DNA of 64,000 nt, taken from an uncultured Bacilli bacterium. GTDB lineage: Bacteria > Bacillota_I > Bacilli_A > RF39 > UBA660. Under the pieces are notes generated by a model, which saw only the letters and a program-made list of their open reading frames with translations, was not told where the DNA came from and did no database searches. The stretch is taken from contig CAKONF010000001.1 in assembly GCA_934097015.1 (NCBI GenBank), forward strand, positions 613-64,612. The letters run 5' to 3'. Made by a program: the position numbers and the translations under genes. This document shows, piece after piece, positions 46,511-56,277 of this stretch (position 1 is the first letter of the stretch; the number at the start of each line of letters is the position of its first letter).

Positions 46511-47180
46511 TTTATTAAATTATGATTTGAAAATATATCAAAATAATGATGCTTTTAAATTTTCTATTGATTCTGTTTTATTAGCTGAATTTGTTGATAT
46601 TAATTTTAGAGCAAAAAATATTATTGATTTTTGTTCTGGAAATGCTCCTATACCAATGATTTTGTCTACTAAATTTGATAAAAATATTGTAGGTGTTGAA
46701 CTTCAAAAAAGTATATTTGAATTAGGAGATAAAAGTATTAAATTAAATAAAATAAATAATATTAATTATTTAAATATGAATGTTAAAGATGTAATTGATT
46801 ATTTTGATTATAAATTTGATATTATTACTTGCAATCCTCCATATTTTAAGTATAATAATGACTCAGTTATTAATGTTAATGAAGAGAAAGCGATTGCTCG
46901 CCACGAAATTAATATTACATTAGAAGAAATAATATGTTGTGCTAGTAAAATTTTAAGAGATAGTGGAAGTATATATTTGGTTCATCGTCCTGAAAGACTG
47001 GTTGAAATTTTAGATTTATTTAAAAAATATCATTTTGGTTTAAGAAAATTAGAATTTGTTTATGATAATATAAATTCTAATTCATGTTTTTTGTTGATTG
47101 AGGCAAAATATAAGTGTAAAGATGATTTAAAAGTTTTAAAGCCACTTTATATAGATAAGTATTTGGAGAGTGTAAAATGA
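46491..47180 (+). CDS. SAM-dependent methyltransferase, tRNA1(Val) m6A37 (YfiC/YabB)-like
   Basis: FSIDSVLLAEF and NPPY. The start is uncertain. Confidence 0.7.
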   Translation: MIIVINDLLNYDLKIYQNNDAFKFSIDSVLLAEFVDINFRAKNIIDFCSGNAPIPMILSTKFDKNIVGVELQKSIFELGDKSIKLNKINNINYLNMNVKDVIDYFDYKFDIITCNPPYFKYNNDSVINVNEEKAIARHEINITLEEIICCASKILRDSGSIYLVHRPERLVEILDLFKKYHFGLRKLEFVYDNINSNSCFLLIEAKYKCKDDLKVLKPLYIDKYLESVK

Positions 47181-47722
47181 AGTTAATAGTAGGTTTAGGT
47201 AATCCAGGAAAAGAATATGAAAAAACAAGACATAATATAGGATTTATGTCTATTGATAGTTTTTTAGGTGATGTTAATTTTAAGAATAAATTTAATGGAT
47301 TATATTTTGAGAAAAATTATGTCGGCGAGAAAGTTATTTTTTTAAAGCCGTTGACTTTTATGAATAATTCAGGGGATTGTGTACGTGAGTTTGTAAAATA
47401 TTATGACATTGATTTAAAAGATATTATGGTTATTCAAGATGATTTAGATTTGTTGACAGGGGTTGTTAAGTTTAAAATAAATAGTAGTAGTGGCGGTCAC
47501 AATGGAATAAAATCAATTATTAGTAATTTACATAGTGATGGTTTTTTTAGAATGAAAATTGGTATTAAATCTGATTTAAAAAGGGATGTAATAGATTACG
47601 TGTTAGGTAAATTTAGTAAAAGTGAATTAGATTTAATAGATTTTCAAAAGATTAATAATGCTATTTTAGATTTTATAAATAATGATTATATCTATGTTAT
47701 GAATAAATATAATGGAAAGTGA
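47177..47722 (+). CDS. pth: Peptidyl-tRNA hydrolase
   Basis: MKLIVGLGNPGKEYEKTRHNIGF and GGHNGIKSI. Confidence 0.95.
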   Translation: MKLIVGLGNPGKEYEKTRHNIGFMSIDSFLGDVNFKNKFNGLYFEKNYVGEKVIFLKPLTFMNNSGDCVREFVKYYDIDLKDIMVIQDDLDLLTGVVKFKINSSSGGHNGIKSIISNLHSDGFFRMKIGIKSDLKRDVIDYVLGKFSKSELDLIDFQKINNAILDFINNDYIYVMNKYNGK

Positions 47723-50700
47723 TAATATGTGGGGCAATATTTTTAAGTATGAAAACGAATTAACTGTTTCGGGACTCAATAATTCATTAATTAATGAATA
47801 TATAGTTAACTATTATGAAAAATATAATAAAAATGTTTTAGTAGTTGCTGAGTCTTTATATGATGCTAATAATATTTATAAAGGTATACAAAAAAGAAAT
47901 AAAAATGTATGCCTTTTTCCCATGGATGAATTTGCAACTGTATTAGCGATAAGTGCTAGTCCTGATTTACGTGTTGCTAGAATTGATACATTAAATAAAA
48001 TTTCAAATAACAAACAGATAGTCATAACTAACTTGTCAGGTTTTTTAAAGAAAATAGATAAAGAAATAAAAAAATTAGTTGTAAGTTTTGATACTAAGAG
48101 AAAAGATATTATAAAATTTTTAGAGGATAATTCTTATGTAAAAACAAATTTAGTGACAACTACTGGAGAATATGCTGTTAGAAATTTTATCATTGATGTT
48201 TTTCCAATAGAATCAGATATGGGAATAAGAATAGAGTTCTTTGGAGATGATATTGATTCTATAAGATATTTTGATGTTGAAAGTCAAATATCTAATAAAA
48301 ATATAGATGGATTTACACTATATAGTTTTAGTGATGAGTCTTCTGATAATCATGAAAACATAATAGATAAATTAGATGATGTTCAAGTCTTTTTTGTTGA
48401 TTATAAAAAAATACTAAATTCGTATCAATCATATGTTGATAATAAAGAAGAATTTAATATTGGAGATAATTATTTTAGTAGTTTTAATAATATGATTATC
48501 GATAATAAAATATATATTAATTCATTTGACGATAGTCCTATATGTAAAGATGTTGTTAAATATAAATCTAAGGATGTTATAAATTTTAATAATAATTATG
48601 AAAAATTATGTGACTATGTAAATAAGACGAAAAGTGAATATATTATAATTTTTATGATGACTAATGAAAATTTAATTAATAAAATAATATCTTTATTTGG
48701 TAATGATATTTCTTTTGAAGGAGAGTATGAAAACAGAGTAAATATAATAAAACAAGATATCGATTCTGGTTTTGTTTTTGATAAATATATTGTTATTAGT
48801 GAGTATGATATAGAAAATGTAAAGAAAAAATCTGTATTTATAAATCATTATAATATAGGTAGAAAAATTAAGGGTTTTGATGATTTAAAAAAAGGTGACT
48901 ATATAGTTCATGTTGTACATGGAATTGGTCAATATCAAGGTTTAGTGACGTTAGAAAATAACGGAATTAAGAAAGATTATTTATTAATAAATTATGCTGG
49001 TAATGATAAAATATATGTTCCTGCTAGTAAAATAGAAACTATATATAAATATAGTGATAGTGATACAACTAGTCCTAAATTAAATAGTTTAAACAGTAAT
49101 AATTGGGCGAAAGCGAAAGCGAGAGCTAGGAGTAAAATTCAAGATATTTCTGGTGAATTAATTAAATTATATGCTGAAAGAGAAATTGTTGTAGGAGATA
49201 AATATGTTGAAACGCCAGAAGAAGAAATATTTAAAAATGATTTTGAATATGAAGAAACTCCTGACCAAACAAAGTCAATCAAAGATATTTTAAATGATTT
49301 ATCTAGTTCTAAGCCTATGGACAGATTACTTTGTGGAGATGTCGGTTTTGGTAAAACAGAAGTTGCTATGAGAGCAATGTTTAGAACAGTTATGAATAAT
49401 AGGCAAGTTGCATATCTTTGTCCGACTACTATTTTATCTAAACAGCAATATGAAAATGCTATTAAAAGATTTAGACATTTTCCTGTAAATATTGAACTTT
49501 TAAATAGGTTTACTTCTACAAAAGATTTTAAAAGAATTATAGATGGATTGGAAAAAGGCACTATTGATATAGTTATTGGTACACATAAAATATTAAATCA
49601 AAATATTAAATTTAAAAATTTAGGTTTATTAGTAATTGATGAAGAACAACGTTTTGGTGTTAGTCAAAAGGAAAAAATTAAACAAATGAGAAATAGTGTA
49701 AATGTTTTGACACTTTCTGCTACACCAATTCCAAGAACTTTGAAACTAGCGATGAGTGGTGTAAAGGATATGTCTATAATAGATACTCCTCCAATAAATA
49801 GATTTCCAGTTCAGACTTATGTTGTAGAAGAAAATGATTATTTATTAAAGGAAGCAATATATAAAGAACTATCACGTGATGGTCAAGTTTATGTTTTGAT
49901 AAATAATATTGAAAAATTGGAAAGTGAATATGAAAAGATTAAAAATTTAGTTCCTGAAGCAGAAATATGTTTGGCGCATGGTAGAATGGATAAAAATCAT
50001 TTAGATAAAGTTGTTAATGATTTTGTTGATGGAAAATATAATGTTCTTATTTGTACTACAATAATAGAAACTGGTATAGATATACCTAATGTTAATACAT
50101 TAATTATTAAAAATGCTGATAGATTTGGTTTAAGTCAGTTATATCAAATACGTGGTAGAGTTGGTAGAAGTGATAGAATTGCATATGCTTATATGATGTA
50201 TGAAAAAGATAAAATGTTAAATGATATAGCAATTAAGCGTTTACAAACTATTAGAGACTTTACAGAACTTGGTAGTGGATATAAAATTGCAATGAGAGAT
50301 TTATCTATTCGTGGTGCCGGAGAACTTTTAGGAAGTACACAATCCGGATTTATTAGTTCTATTGGAATAGATTTATATATGGATATGGTTAATGAAGAAG
50401 TAAATAAATTAAAAGGTATTAATGTTAAAGAAGAAAATGATAATGAGAAAACTTTACTTAATATTAATACTTCTATTTCAAAAGATTATGTTGATGATGA
50501 ATCTATTAGAATAGAAATACATAAATTAATAAATGAAATTGATTCTAAGGAAAGTTTTACTAATGTTAAGAATGAATTAGAAGATAGATTTGGTAAATTA
50601 AGTGATGATATTATTAATTATATGTATGAAGAATGGTTTCAAAGTATTGCTGATAATATGAAGATTACTAATATAAAATATATTGGAAGTAATGTTGAAA

Positions 50701-50903
50701 TTGAATTACCAACTAATATATCTGATATGATTGATGGAGAAAAATTATTTTTACAAATATATACTATTAATCCAAAATTTAGATTGAAATACGTTAATAA
50801 AAAAATTATAATTTCACTAAGTATATTAAATAGAAAAGGAGATTATGTAAAAGATTTATTAGACTTGTTATTATTAGTTAAAAGTTGTATAAAAGAAATA
50901 TAA
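47712..50903 (+). CDS. mfd: Transcription-repair coupling factor
   Basis: 1063 aa. CarD-like GDYIVHVVHGIGQY, helicase motifs GDVGFGKTE and DEEQRFG, and a TRG motif region. The ATG at 47727 is an alternative start. Confidence 0.95.
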   Translation: MESDNMWGNIFKYENELTVSGLNNSLINEYIVNYYEKYNKNVLVVAESLYDANNIYKGIQKRNKNVCLFPMDEFATVLAISASPDLRVARIDTLNKISNNKQIVITNLSGFLKKIDKEIKKLVVSFDTKRKDIIKFLEDNSYVKTNLVTTTGEYAVRNFIIDVFPIESDMGIRIEFFGDDIDSIRYFDVESQISNKNIDGFTLYSFSDESSDNHENIIDKLDDVQVFFVDYKKILNSYQSYVDNKEEFNIGDNYFSSFNNMIIDNKIYINSFDDSPICKDVVKYKSKDVINFNNNYEKLCDYVNKTKSEYIIIFMMTNENLINKIISLFGNDISFEGEYENRVNIIKQDIDSGFVFDKYIVISEYDIENVKKKSVFINHYNIGRKIKGFDDLKKGDYIVHVVHGIGQYQGLVTLENNGIKKDYLLINYAGNDKIYVPASKIETIYKYSDSDTTSPKLNSLNSNNWAKAKARARSKIQDISGELIKLYAEREIVVGDKYVETPEEEIFKNDFEYEETPDQTKSIKDILNDLSSSKPMDRLLCGDVGFGKTEVAMRAMFRTVMNNRQVAYLCPTTILSKQQYENAIKRFRHFPVNIELLNRFTSTKDFKRIIDGLEKGTIDIVIGTHKILNQNIKFKNLGLLVIDEEQRFGVSQKEKIKQMRNSVNVLTLSATPIPRTLKLAMSGVKDMSIIDTPPINRFPVQTYVVEENDYLLKEAIYKELSRDGQVYVLINNIEKLESEYEKIKNLVPEAEICLAHGRMDKNHLDKVVNDFVDGKYNVLICTTIIETGIDIPNVNTLIIKNADRFGLSQLYQIRGRVGRSDRIAYAYMMYEKDKMLNDIAIKRLQTIRDFTELGSGYKIAMRDLSIRGAGELLGSTQSGFISSIGIDLYMDMVNEEVNKLKGINVKEENDNEKTLLNINTSISKDYVDDESIRIEIHKLINEIDSKESFTNVKNELEDRFGKLSDDIINYMYEEWFQSIADNMKITNIKYIGSNVEIELPTNISDMIDGEKLFLQIYTINPKFRLKYVNKKIIISLSILNRKGDYVKDLLDLLLLVKSCIKEI

Positions 50904-50921
50904 TTTTTCATAATAATACTG

Positions 50922-51419
50922 GTGATAAGTTTGAATACTTTTAAGAAAAGAATTGATGAATTAGGAAGAATTGTTATTCCTAAACAAATAAGAAATACTT
51001 TTAAAATAAAAAATTTTGATGAATTAGAATTGTATATTGAAGGAGATAATATTATTGTTAAAAAAACAGGTGGTATATTGTTAATAAAGGATAAATTAGA
51101 TAAAGTTTTAAATTATATTTATAAATATAATAATATAAAGGCTTTTATAACAAATGGTAATGATGTTGTTTCTTCAAATATAATTGATATTAATACTGAT
51201 TCTACATTAAAAAATGATATAAATGAATTGTTATTAAATCAAGAGAAAGTAGAGTTAGAATTTAATAATAATATTAAATTATGTGGATATGTAAGAAGTT
51301 TTCAACTAATAAATGATAGTGTTTTGTATGGATATATAGTATTTGTTAGTGACGATAAGATAGATAATAACGAATTATATAAAGATATTGTTAATATATT
51401 GATAGATTATATTAATTAA
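50922..51419 (+). CDS. spoVT: AbrB-fold regulator, SpoVT-like
   Basis: KRIDELGRIVIPKQIRNTF SpoVT/AbrB swapped-hairpin N-domain plus a C-domain of about 110 aa. It lies directly after mfd, as in B. subtilis. Confidence 0.7.
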   Translation: MISLNTFKKRIDELGRIVIPKQIRNTFKIKNFDELELYIEGDNIIVKKTGGILLIKDKLDKVLNYIYKYNNIKAFITNGNDVVSSNIIDINTDSTLKNDINELLLNQEKVELEFNNNIKLCGYVRSFQLINDSVLYGYIVFVSDDKIDNNELYKDIVNILIDYIN

Positions 51420-51467
51420 TAATTGGCAATATTCTTTTTTTATTATATAATTTTTTTGGTGATTATT

Positions 51468-52214
51468 ATGTTTACTGATACACATTGTCATATATATGAA
51501 GAATATTATGATGTTGATGATATAATGAAAAAAATTAATTATAGTAATGTTAATAGGGTTATAAATAACGCATGTGATTTTAAAACTTCTTTAGAAGTAT
51601 TAGATTTATCAAAAAGGTATTCTAATATGTATTGTGCTATTGGATTACATCCAGAAAATGATTTAGATGAGATAGATAATGTTATGGCTTTGATTATAAA
51701 AAATAAAGATAATCCTAAGATGGTAGCAATAGGTGAAATTGGTTTAGATTATTACTATAATAAGGATAATAAGGAAGAACAGATAGAAGTTTTATGTAAG
51801 CAATTGGAACTTGCAGAGAAATTAAACTTACCTGTTATAATTCATTCTAGGGAAGCAACTGGAGATATGCTTAGTATTTTAAAAAAATATGATGTAAAGG
51901 GTGTCATACATTGTTTTAATGGAAGTGTAGAAGTTGCTAAGGAATATATTAAATTAGGATATAAGCTTGGTATTAATGGTGTAATTACTTTTAAAAATTG
52001 TAAATTAATAGAAGTAATTAAAACTATTGGTGTAGATAATGTTGTATTTGAAACTGATAGTCCTTACTTAGCACCAGTTCCTTTTAGAGGAGAAGAAAAT
52101 AATCCCACCCATGTTATTGATATTGTTGATTTTGTATCAAATAATACTGGAGTTAGTGTGGAAGATTTGGCAAATATTTCTAATAAAAATATAAAGGATA
52201 TTTTTGACATATAG
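51468..52214 (+). CDS. tatD: TatD-family metal-dependent DNase/hydrolase
   Basis: MFTDTHCHI, GEIGLDYYY, IHSREA and ETDSPYL. Confidence 0.9.
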   Translation: MFTDTHCHIYEEYYDVDDIMKKINYSNVNRVINNACDFKTSLEVLDLSKRYSNMYCAIGLHPENDLDEIDNVMALIIKNKDNPKMVAIGEIGLDYYYNKDNKEEQIEVLCKQLELAEKLNLPVIIHSREATGDMLSILKKYDVKGVIHCFNGSVEVAKEYIKLGYKLGINGVITFKNCKLIEVIKTIGVDNVVFETDSPYLAPVPFRGEENNPTHVIDIVDFVSNNTGVSVEDLANISNKNIKDIFDI

Positions 52215-52258
52215 TGTTAATTTTGATATATTATATATAACCTATGAGGTGATATATT

Positions 52259-52786
52259 TTGAAATTTATAGGAAAAAGTTTAAAATTATTAATAATATTT
52301 GTTTTTGTTTTTTCCTTAGTTAAAGTTAATGTTGAAAAAGATAATGGTATTGTTTTTAATGACAATAAGAATAAAGTGTTAGATTTAACTGCAATGGCAA
52401 TAAAAATGGAAGAAATAAGAATGAATGATTTATATTATCCTAAAGATACTTACGTTGGATATTTAACAGGTTATACTGCTGATTGTCCTTTATGTGGAGG
52501 TACTTTAGGTTGTACTGGGCAAAATGTTTTAGATGGAACAACTACATATAGTGATAAGGATTATGGAACTGTAAGAATTATGGCTTCAAGTCAAAGTTTA
52601 TCTTGTGGTTCTATTGTTAGATTTGATAATAATGGAGAAAAAACTGTTGCGATTGTTCTTGATAGAGGTGTGACGGGTACTAATTTGGATTTATTAGTAA
52701 GTGCAACTAGTGATGCATATGGTATAGGAAGAAAGTACATATCTTATGATGTATTAAGATATGGTTGGTCAAGAAGTAATTCTTGA
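52259..52786 (+). CDS. Secreted 3D-domain (RlpA-like barrel) protein, YabE-like
   Basis: Signal/TM, then GYTADCPLCGG...VRFDNNGEKTVAIVLDRG...LDLL. Its position between tatD and rsmA matches yabE. Confidence 0.65.
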   Translation: MKFIGKSLKLLIIFVFVFSLVKVNVEKDNGIVFNDNKNKVLDLTAMAIKMEEIRMNDLYYPKDTYVGYLTGYTADCPLCGGTLGCTGQNVLDGTTTYSDKDYGTVRIMASSQSLSCGSIVRFDNNGEKTVAIVLDRGVTGTNLDLLVSATSDAYGIGRKYISYDVLRYGWSRSNS

Positions 52787-52806
52787 TTTTTTAAAAGAGG
52801 TAATAT

Positions 52807-53583
52807 ATGATTAAACATGATTTTAAGAAGAAATATGGACAAAATTTTTTAAATAATGATAAAATACTTGATGATATATCAAATAGTTTTTGTATGAAAG
52901 ATAATAGTATGATTGTTGAAGTTGGTGCTGGTAGTGGAGTATTAACAAAAAGACTTATTACAAAAAATGTACCTGTTATTTCTTTTGAAATAGATGAAAG
53001 TTTAAAAGAATATTTAGATAAAATATCTTGTGATAATTTAAATGTTGTTTATAAAGATTTTTTAAGTATAAATTTAAAAGATTATTTAGATAGTGATAAG
53101 CATATTTATTTTGTTGCTAATGTTCCTTATTATATAACAACTCCTATTATATCTAAATTTATAGATGAAAATATTATTCCAGATGTTATGGTTATGATGG
53201 TTCAAAAAGAAGTTGCAGAGCGATTAAGTGCTAAAGTCGGTACAAAAAATTATGGTGCAATAAGCGCTATATTGAATTATTATTATGAGATTGAATACTT
53301 ATTTACTGTTGATAGAAACAATTTTTATCCAGTTCCTAACGTAGATAGTGCTGTTATAAAATTTACTAAAAGAAAAGTTTTGTTAGATTTAGTTAGTTTT
53401 TCTAAATATAAAAAATTTATTAATTATGCTTTTATGCAAAAAAGAAAGAATTTAAAAAATAATTTGAAGAATTATGATTTGGAAAAAATAGAGTGTATAT
53501 TAAAAAAATATAATTTAGATTTAACTGATAGAGCAGAAGATGTTGATTATAAAATATTTGTTGAGATTGTAAATAATTTATAA
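52807..53583 (+). CDS. rsmA: 16S rRNA (adenine1518/1519-N6)-dimethyltransferase
   Basis: KKKYGQNFL, VEVGAGSGVLT and NVPYYITTPI. Confidence 0.9.
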   Translation: MIKHDFKKKYGQNFLNNDKILDDISNSFCMKDNSMIVEVGAGSGVLTKRLITKNVPVISFEIDESLKEYLDKISCDNLNVVYKDFLSINLKDYLDSDKHIYFVANVPYYITTPIISKFIDENIIPDVMVMMVQKEVAERLSAKVGTKNYGAISAILNYYYEIEYLFTVDRNNFYPVPNVDSAVIKFTKRKVLLDLVSFSKYKKFINYAFMQKRKNLKNNLKNYDLEKIECILKKYNLDLTDRAEDVDYKIFVEIVNNL

Positions 53584-53639
53584 TTTATATTATTTGTTCT
53601 TTTTTTTATTATTTTTTATATATTTAATTAGGTGATATA

Positions 53640-54413
53640 ATGGAGTTTAATGTTGGTGACTATGTTACTAGAAACAGCTACAACAATGATACTATTTTTG
53701 AAATAGTTGATTTTAAAGATGATTTAGTTATTTTAAAGGGTGTAGATATTAGATTGTTTGCGGATGCTAAAGTTGATGATTTAGTAAAATGTGATTATCA
53801 AAATAAAGATGATGAATTTGTAAGAAATATTATTGTTAGAGATAATATGGATAGAAGTGAGTATTTTTATTTGCCTGCTAAAATATTACATATTGATGGA
53901 GATAGAGATTATTTAAATCGTTGTTTAGAGTTTTATAAAAAAGCAAATGTATTTGCAGTTGGTGAATATGTTAATGAAAATGATATTGGTAATATAACAT
54001 TAAAATTATTAAAAAAGTATAAACCCGATATTTTAATTGTTACCGGACATGATTCAATAAACAAATCAAAAGATGTTAATAATATAAATAATTATAAAAA
54101 TTCTAAAAATTTTGTTAATGCTGTATATAAGGCAAGAGAATATGAGAAAAGTCATGAAAAGTTAGTTATTATTGCGGGTGCTTGTCAAAGTGATTATGAA
54201 GCTCTTATTAAGGCTGGTGCTAATTTTGCATCCAGTCCTAAACGTATTAATATCCATGCTTTAGACCCTGCTATTATTGCAATTAATTTAGCTCTTACTG
54301 AAAAAGATAAGGATATTAATTTAATTGATTTATTATCCAAAACTAAATATGGTAAAGATGGAATTGGTGGGTTAAAATCAAAAGGTATGATGTATGTAGG
54401 TTATCCTAGATAA
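53640..54413 (+). CDS. yabG: Sporulation-specific protease YabG
   Basis: 257 aa. ILHIDGDRDYLNRC and LIVTGHD. It lies after rsmA, as in B. subtilis. Confidence 0.8.
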   Translation: MEFNVGDYVTRNSYNNDTIFEIVDFKDDLVILKGVDIRLFADAKVDDLVKCDYQNKDDEFVRNIIVRDNMDRSEYFYLPAKILHIDGDRDYLNRCLEFYKKANVFAVGEYVNENDIGNITLKLLKKYKPDILIVTGHDSINKSKDVNNINNYKNSKNFVNAVYKAREYEKSHEKLVIIAGACQSDYEALIKAGANFASSPKRINIHALDPAIIAINLALTEKDKDINLIDLLSKTKYGKDGIGGLKSKGMMYVGYPR

Positions 54414-54510
54414 AATAATAGAAATGCTAGACAAAATGCTTGCAATTAAGAAATATTTATAATAAAATGTAGTTAGAGTTTATAAAACTTGAAAGGAGTG
54501 CATGTTAATT

Positions 54511-54768
54511 ATGAAAATAACATCTGTAAATGTAAAAAAAGTTGAAAAAGAAGGCTCTAGAATGAAAGGTAAAGCATCTATTTTATTAGATGACTCATTT
54601 GCTGTTCATGATATTAGAATAATAGAAGGAGATAACGGTTTATTTATAGCTATGCCTAGTAGAAAAACTGCTACTGGTGAATATAAAGATATAGCTCATC
54701 CAATCAACTCTGATGCTAGAAAAATGTTTGAAGATGCTATAATCGATGCTTATAATAAAGCTGAATAA
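54511..54768 (+). CDS. spoVG: Septation/regulatory protein SpoVG
   Basis: MKITSVNVKKV...KGKASILLDDSFAVHDIRIIEGDNGLFIAMPSRK. Confidence 0.9.
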   Translation: MKITSVNVKKVEKEGSRMKGKASILLDDSFAVHDIRIIEGDNGLFIAMPSRKTATGEYKDIAHPINSDARKMFEDAIIDAYNKAE

Positions 54769-54831
54769 TAAAATTGACCTGTAATTGGTCTTTTTTTTAT
54801 ATAATTTTATATATTTAATTAGGTGATATTA

Positions 54832-55119
54832 ATGGAAAATAGTTTTGATAGTAATGTAATTAGTCATAGTATTAAAATATTGGAACGTAGTAATATATTT
54901 ATCAATGGTACTAAGAAAGTACATAATTTTAATGAAAATGAATTTCATATTAATACTGTTATGGGTAATTTAGTCATTAAAGGTAGTAATTTAGAATTAA
55001 TAAAATTAGATACTAATGATGGTAATATATGTATTAAGGGTAAAATTAATAGTGTTAATTATTTAGATGGTATTGATGGAGAAAAAGAAGATGGATTCTT
55101 TAGCAAATTATTTAAATGA
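54832..55119 (+). CDS. yabP: Sporulation protein YabP
   Basis: HSIKILERSNIFINGTKKVHNFNENEFHINTVMGNLVIKGSNLEL. Confidence 0.8.
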   Translation: MENSFDSNVISHSIKILERSNIFINGTKKVHNFNENEFHINTVMGNLVIKGSNLELIKLDTNDGNICIKGKINSVNYLDGIDGEKEDGFFSKLFK

Positions 55120-55337
55120 AAATATTTGTTAATATATTAATTACGTTTTTATATTGGTTTTTATTGTTTTATTTGATAAAAAAAATAACGTTTAGTAAAG
55201 TGTTGAAATATATTTTATTGATTTTATCTTTTGTTGGTTATATAATTTTATATTATTTTTATTATGATGGTAGTTTTAATATTTATAATTATATTATTAT
55301 TATATTTACATTTATTTACATGTTTATATATAAATAA
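55116..55337 (+). CDS. yabQ: Spore cortex protein YabQ-like small membrane protein
   Basis: 73 aa, 3 TM. It overlaps the yabP stop, which is the conserved yabP-yabQ-divIC order. Confidence 0.55.
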   Translation: MKIFVNILITFLYWFLLFYLIKKITFSKVLKYILLILSFVGYIILYYFYYDGSFNIYNYIIIIFTFIYMFIYK

Positions 55338-55385
55338 TTTAATTATTTTTTGATTTTGTGGTATTATTATTATGGTGGAAAGTAT

Positions 55386-55685
55386 ATGAAAAGAAAAGTT
55401 AATAAAGGTGCTAAAAGAAGAATGTTTTTATGGTTTTCTATTTTTGTTTTATTAATATCTTATATGTCTTATACTACAATTACGTATTGGAAAGAGATTA
55501 TGAAAAATAAGAAGGAAAAGAAAGATTTAGAAACTAAGTATAGTAAATTATTATCTGATAAAGAAGTACTTGAAACTGATGTAAAGAAATTACAGGACCC
55601 AGATTATGTTGCTAAATATGCTAGAGAAAAATATTTATATAGTAAAGATGGAGAGCTTATTATTAAGATAGTTGATAATGATTAA
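55386..55685 (+). CDS. divIC: Septum formation initiator DivIC/FtsB family
   Basis: Basic N-terminus, one TM, then a coiled coil with DPDYVAKYAREKY. Start moved to the ATG after GGTGGA. Confidence 0.7.
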   Translation: MKRKVNKGAKRRMFLWFSIFVLLISYMSYTTITYWKEIMKNKKEKKDLETKYSKLLSDKEVLETDVKKLQDPDYVAKYAREKYLYSKDGELIIKIVDND

Positions 55686-55708
55686 TAAATGTGATATATT
55701 ATATTCAT

Positions 55709-56066
55709 GGGGTCGTAATGGCTTCGACAGGATATGTTTCTATCTAACTGCAAGTGGTGTGCTATCCCTTAATTAGCAACCCAGTTTAAATTAACTGACA
55801 AAACATTTAATAATAACGCTTTAGCATTTGCCTAATTTGGCAATAAAGCACTTTAATCTTATTTGCTTATAGGTTTGATTAGGGTTCATATATATAAGAT
55901 ATATCAATTGTTTTGTTTAGGATAATTGACGAATATTTATAAACTATATTAATAAATAGGATTGTTAGACTCTTTTTTATTAATGAATAATTTGTTCTAA
56001 CTAAACTTGTAGATGTTGGATAAGGAAGTATTTTGGACGTGAGTTCAATTCTCACCGGCTCCACCA
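55709..56066 (+). ncRNA. ssrA: Transfer-messenger RNA
   Basis: 5' GGGGTCGTAATGGCTTCGACAGG. 3' GGACGTGAGTTCAATTCTCACCGGCTCCACCA (T-arm plus acceptor plus CCA). The tag frame GAC AAA ACA TTT AAT AAT AAC GCT TTA GCA TTT GCC TAA gives ...DKTFNNNALAFA. Confidence 0.9.
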
Positions 56067-56277
56067 AATTAATAAATAAACTTATTTTATGAGTTAATAT
56101 ATTGACTAACAGAAATGTTGGTTTTTATTTTTTTTAGAAGAATATAAATCAATTGTATTTAAATTGATCTTTTTGCGAAATTTAATTATAACATTAACGA
56201 TCTTATATAAAAAGATCAAATTTATCTTGATCTTTTTTGTTTGCTGTGATATGATTTGATTATGAGAGGTGTATTTT

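Noticed and set aside
1678-50000. Numerous 60-140-aa ORFs antisense within large genes (for example 1678..1917, 8108..8333, 17161..17418, 18574..18897, 25306..25656, 28977..29219, 32964..33215, 39041..39271, 40496..40810, 49139..49561)
   Set aside because: Each is nested inside a confidently identified conserved gene on the other strand. They have low-complexity translations and no RBS. They are shadow ORFs.
55879-56067. 62-aa minus-strand ORF
   Set aside because: It lies entirely antisense within the tmRNA gene.
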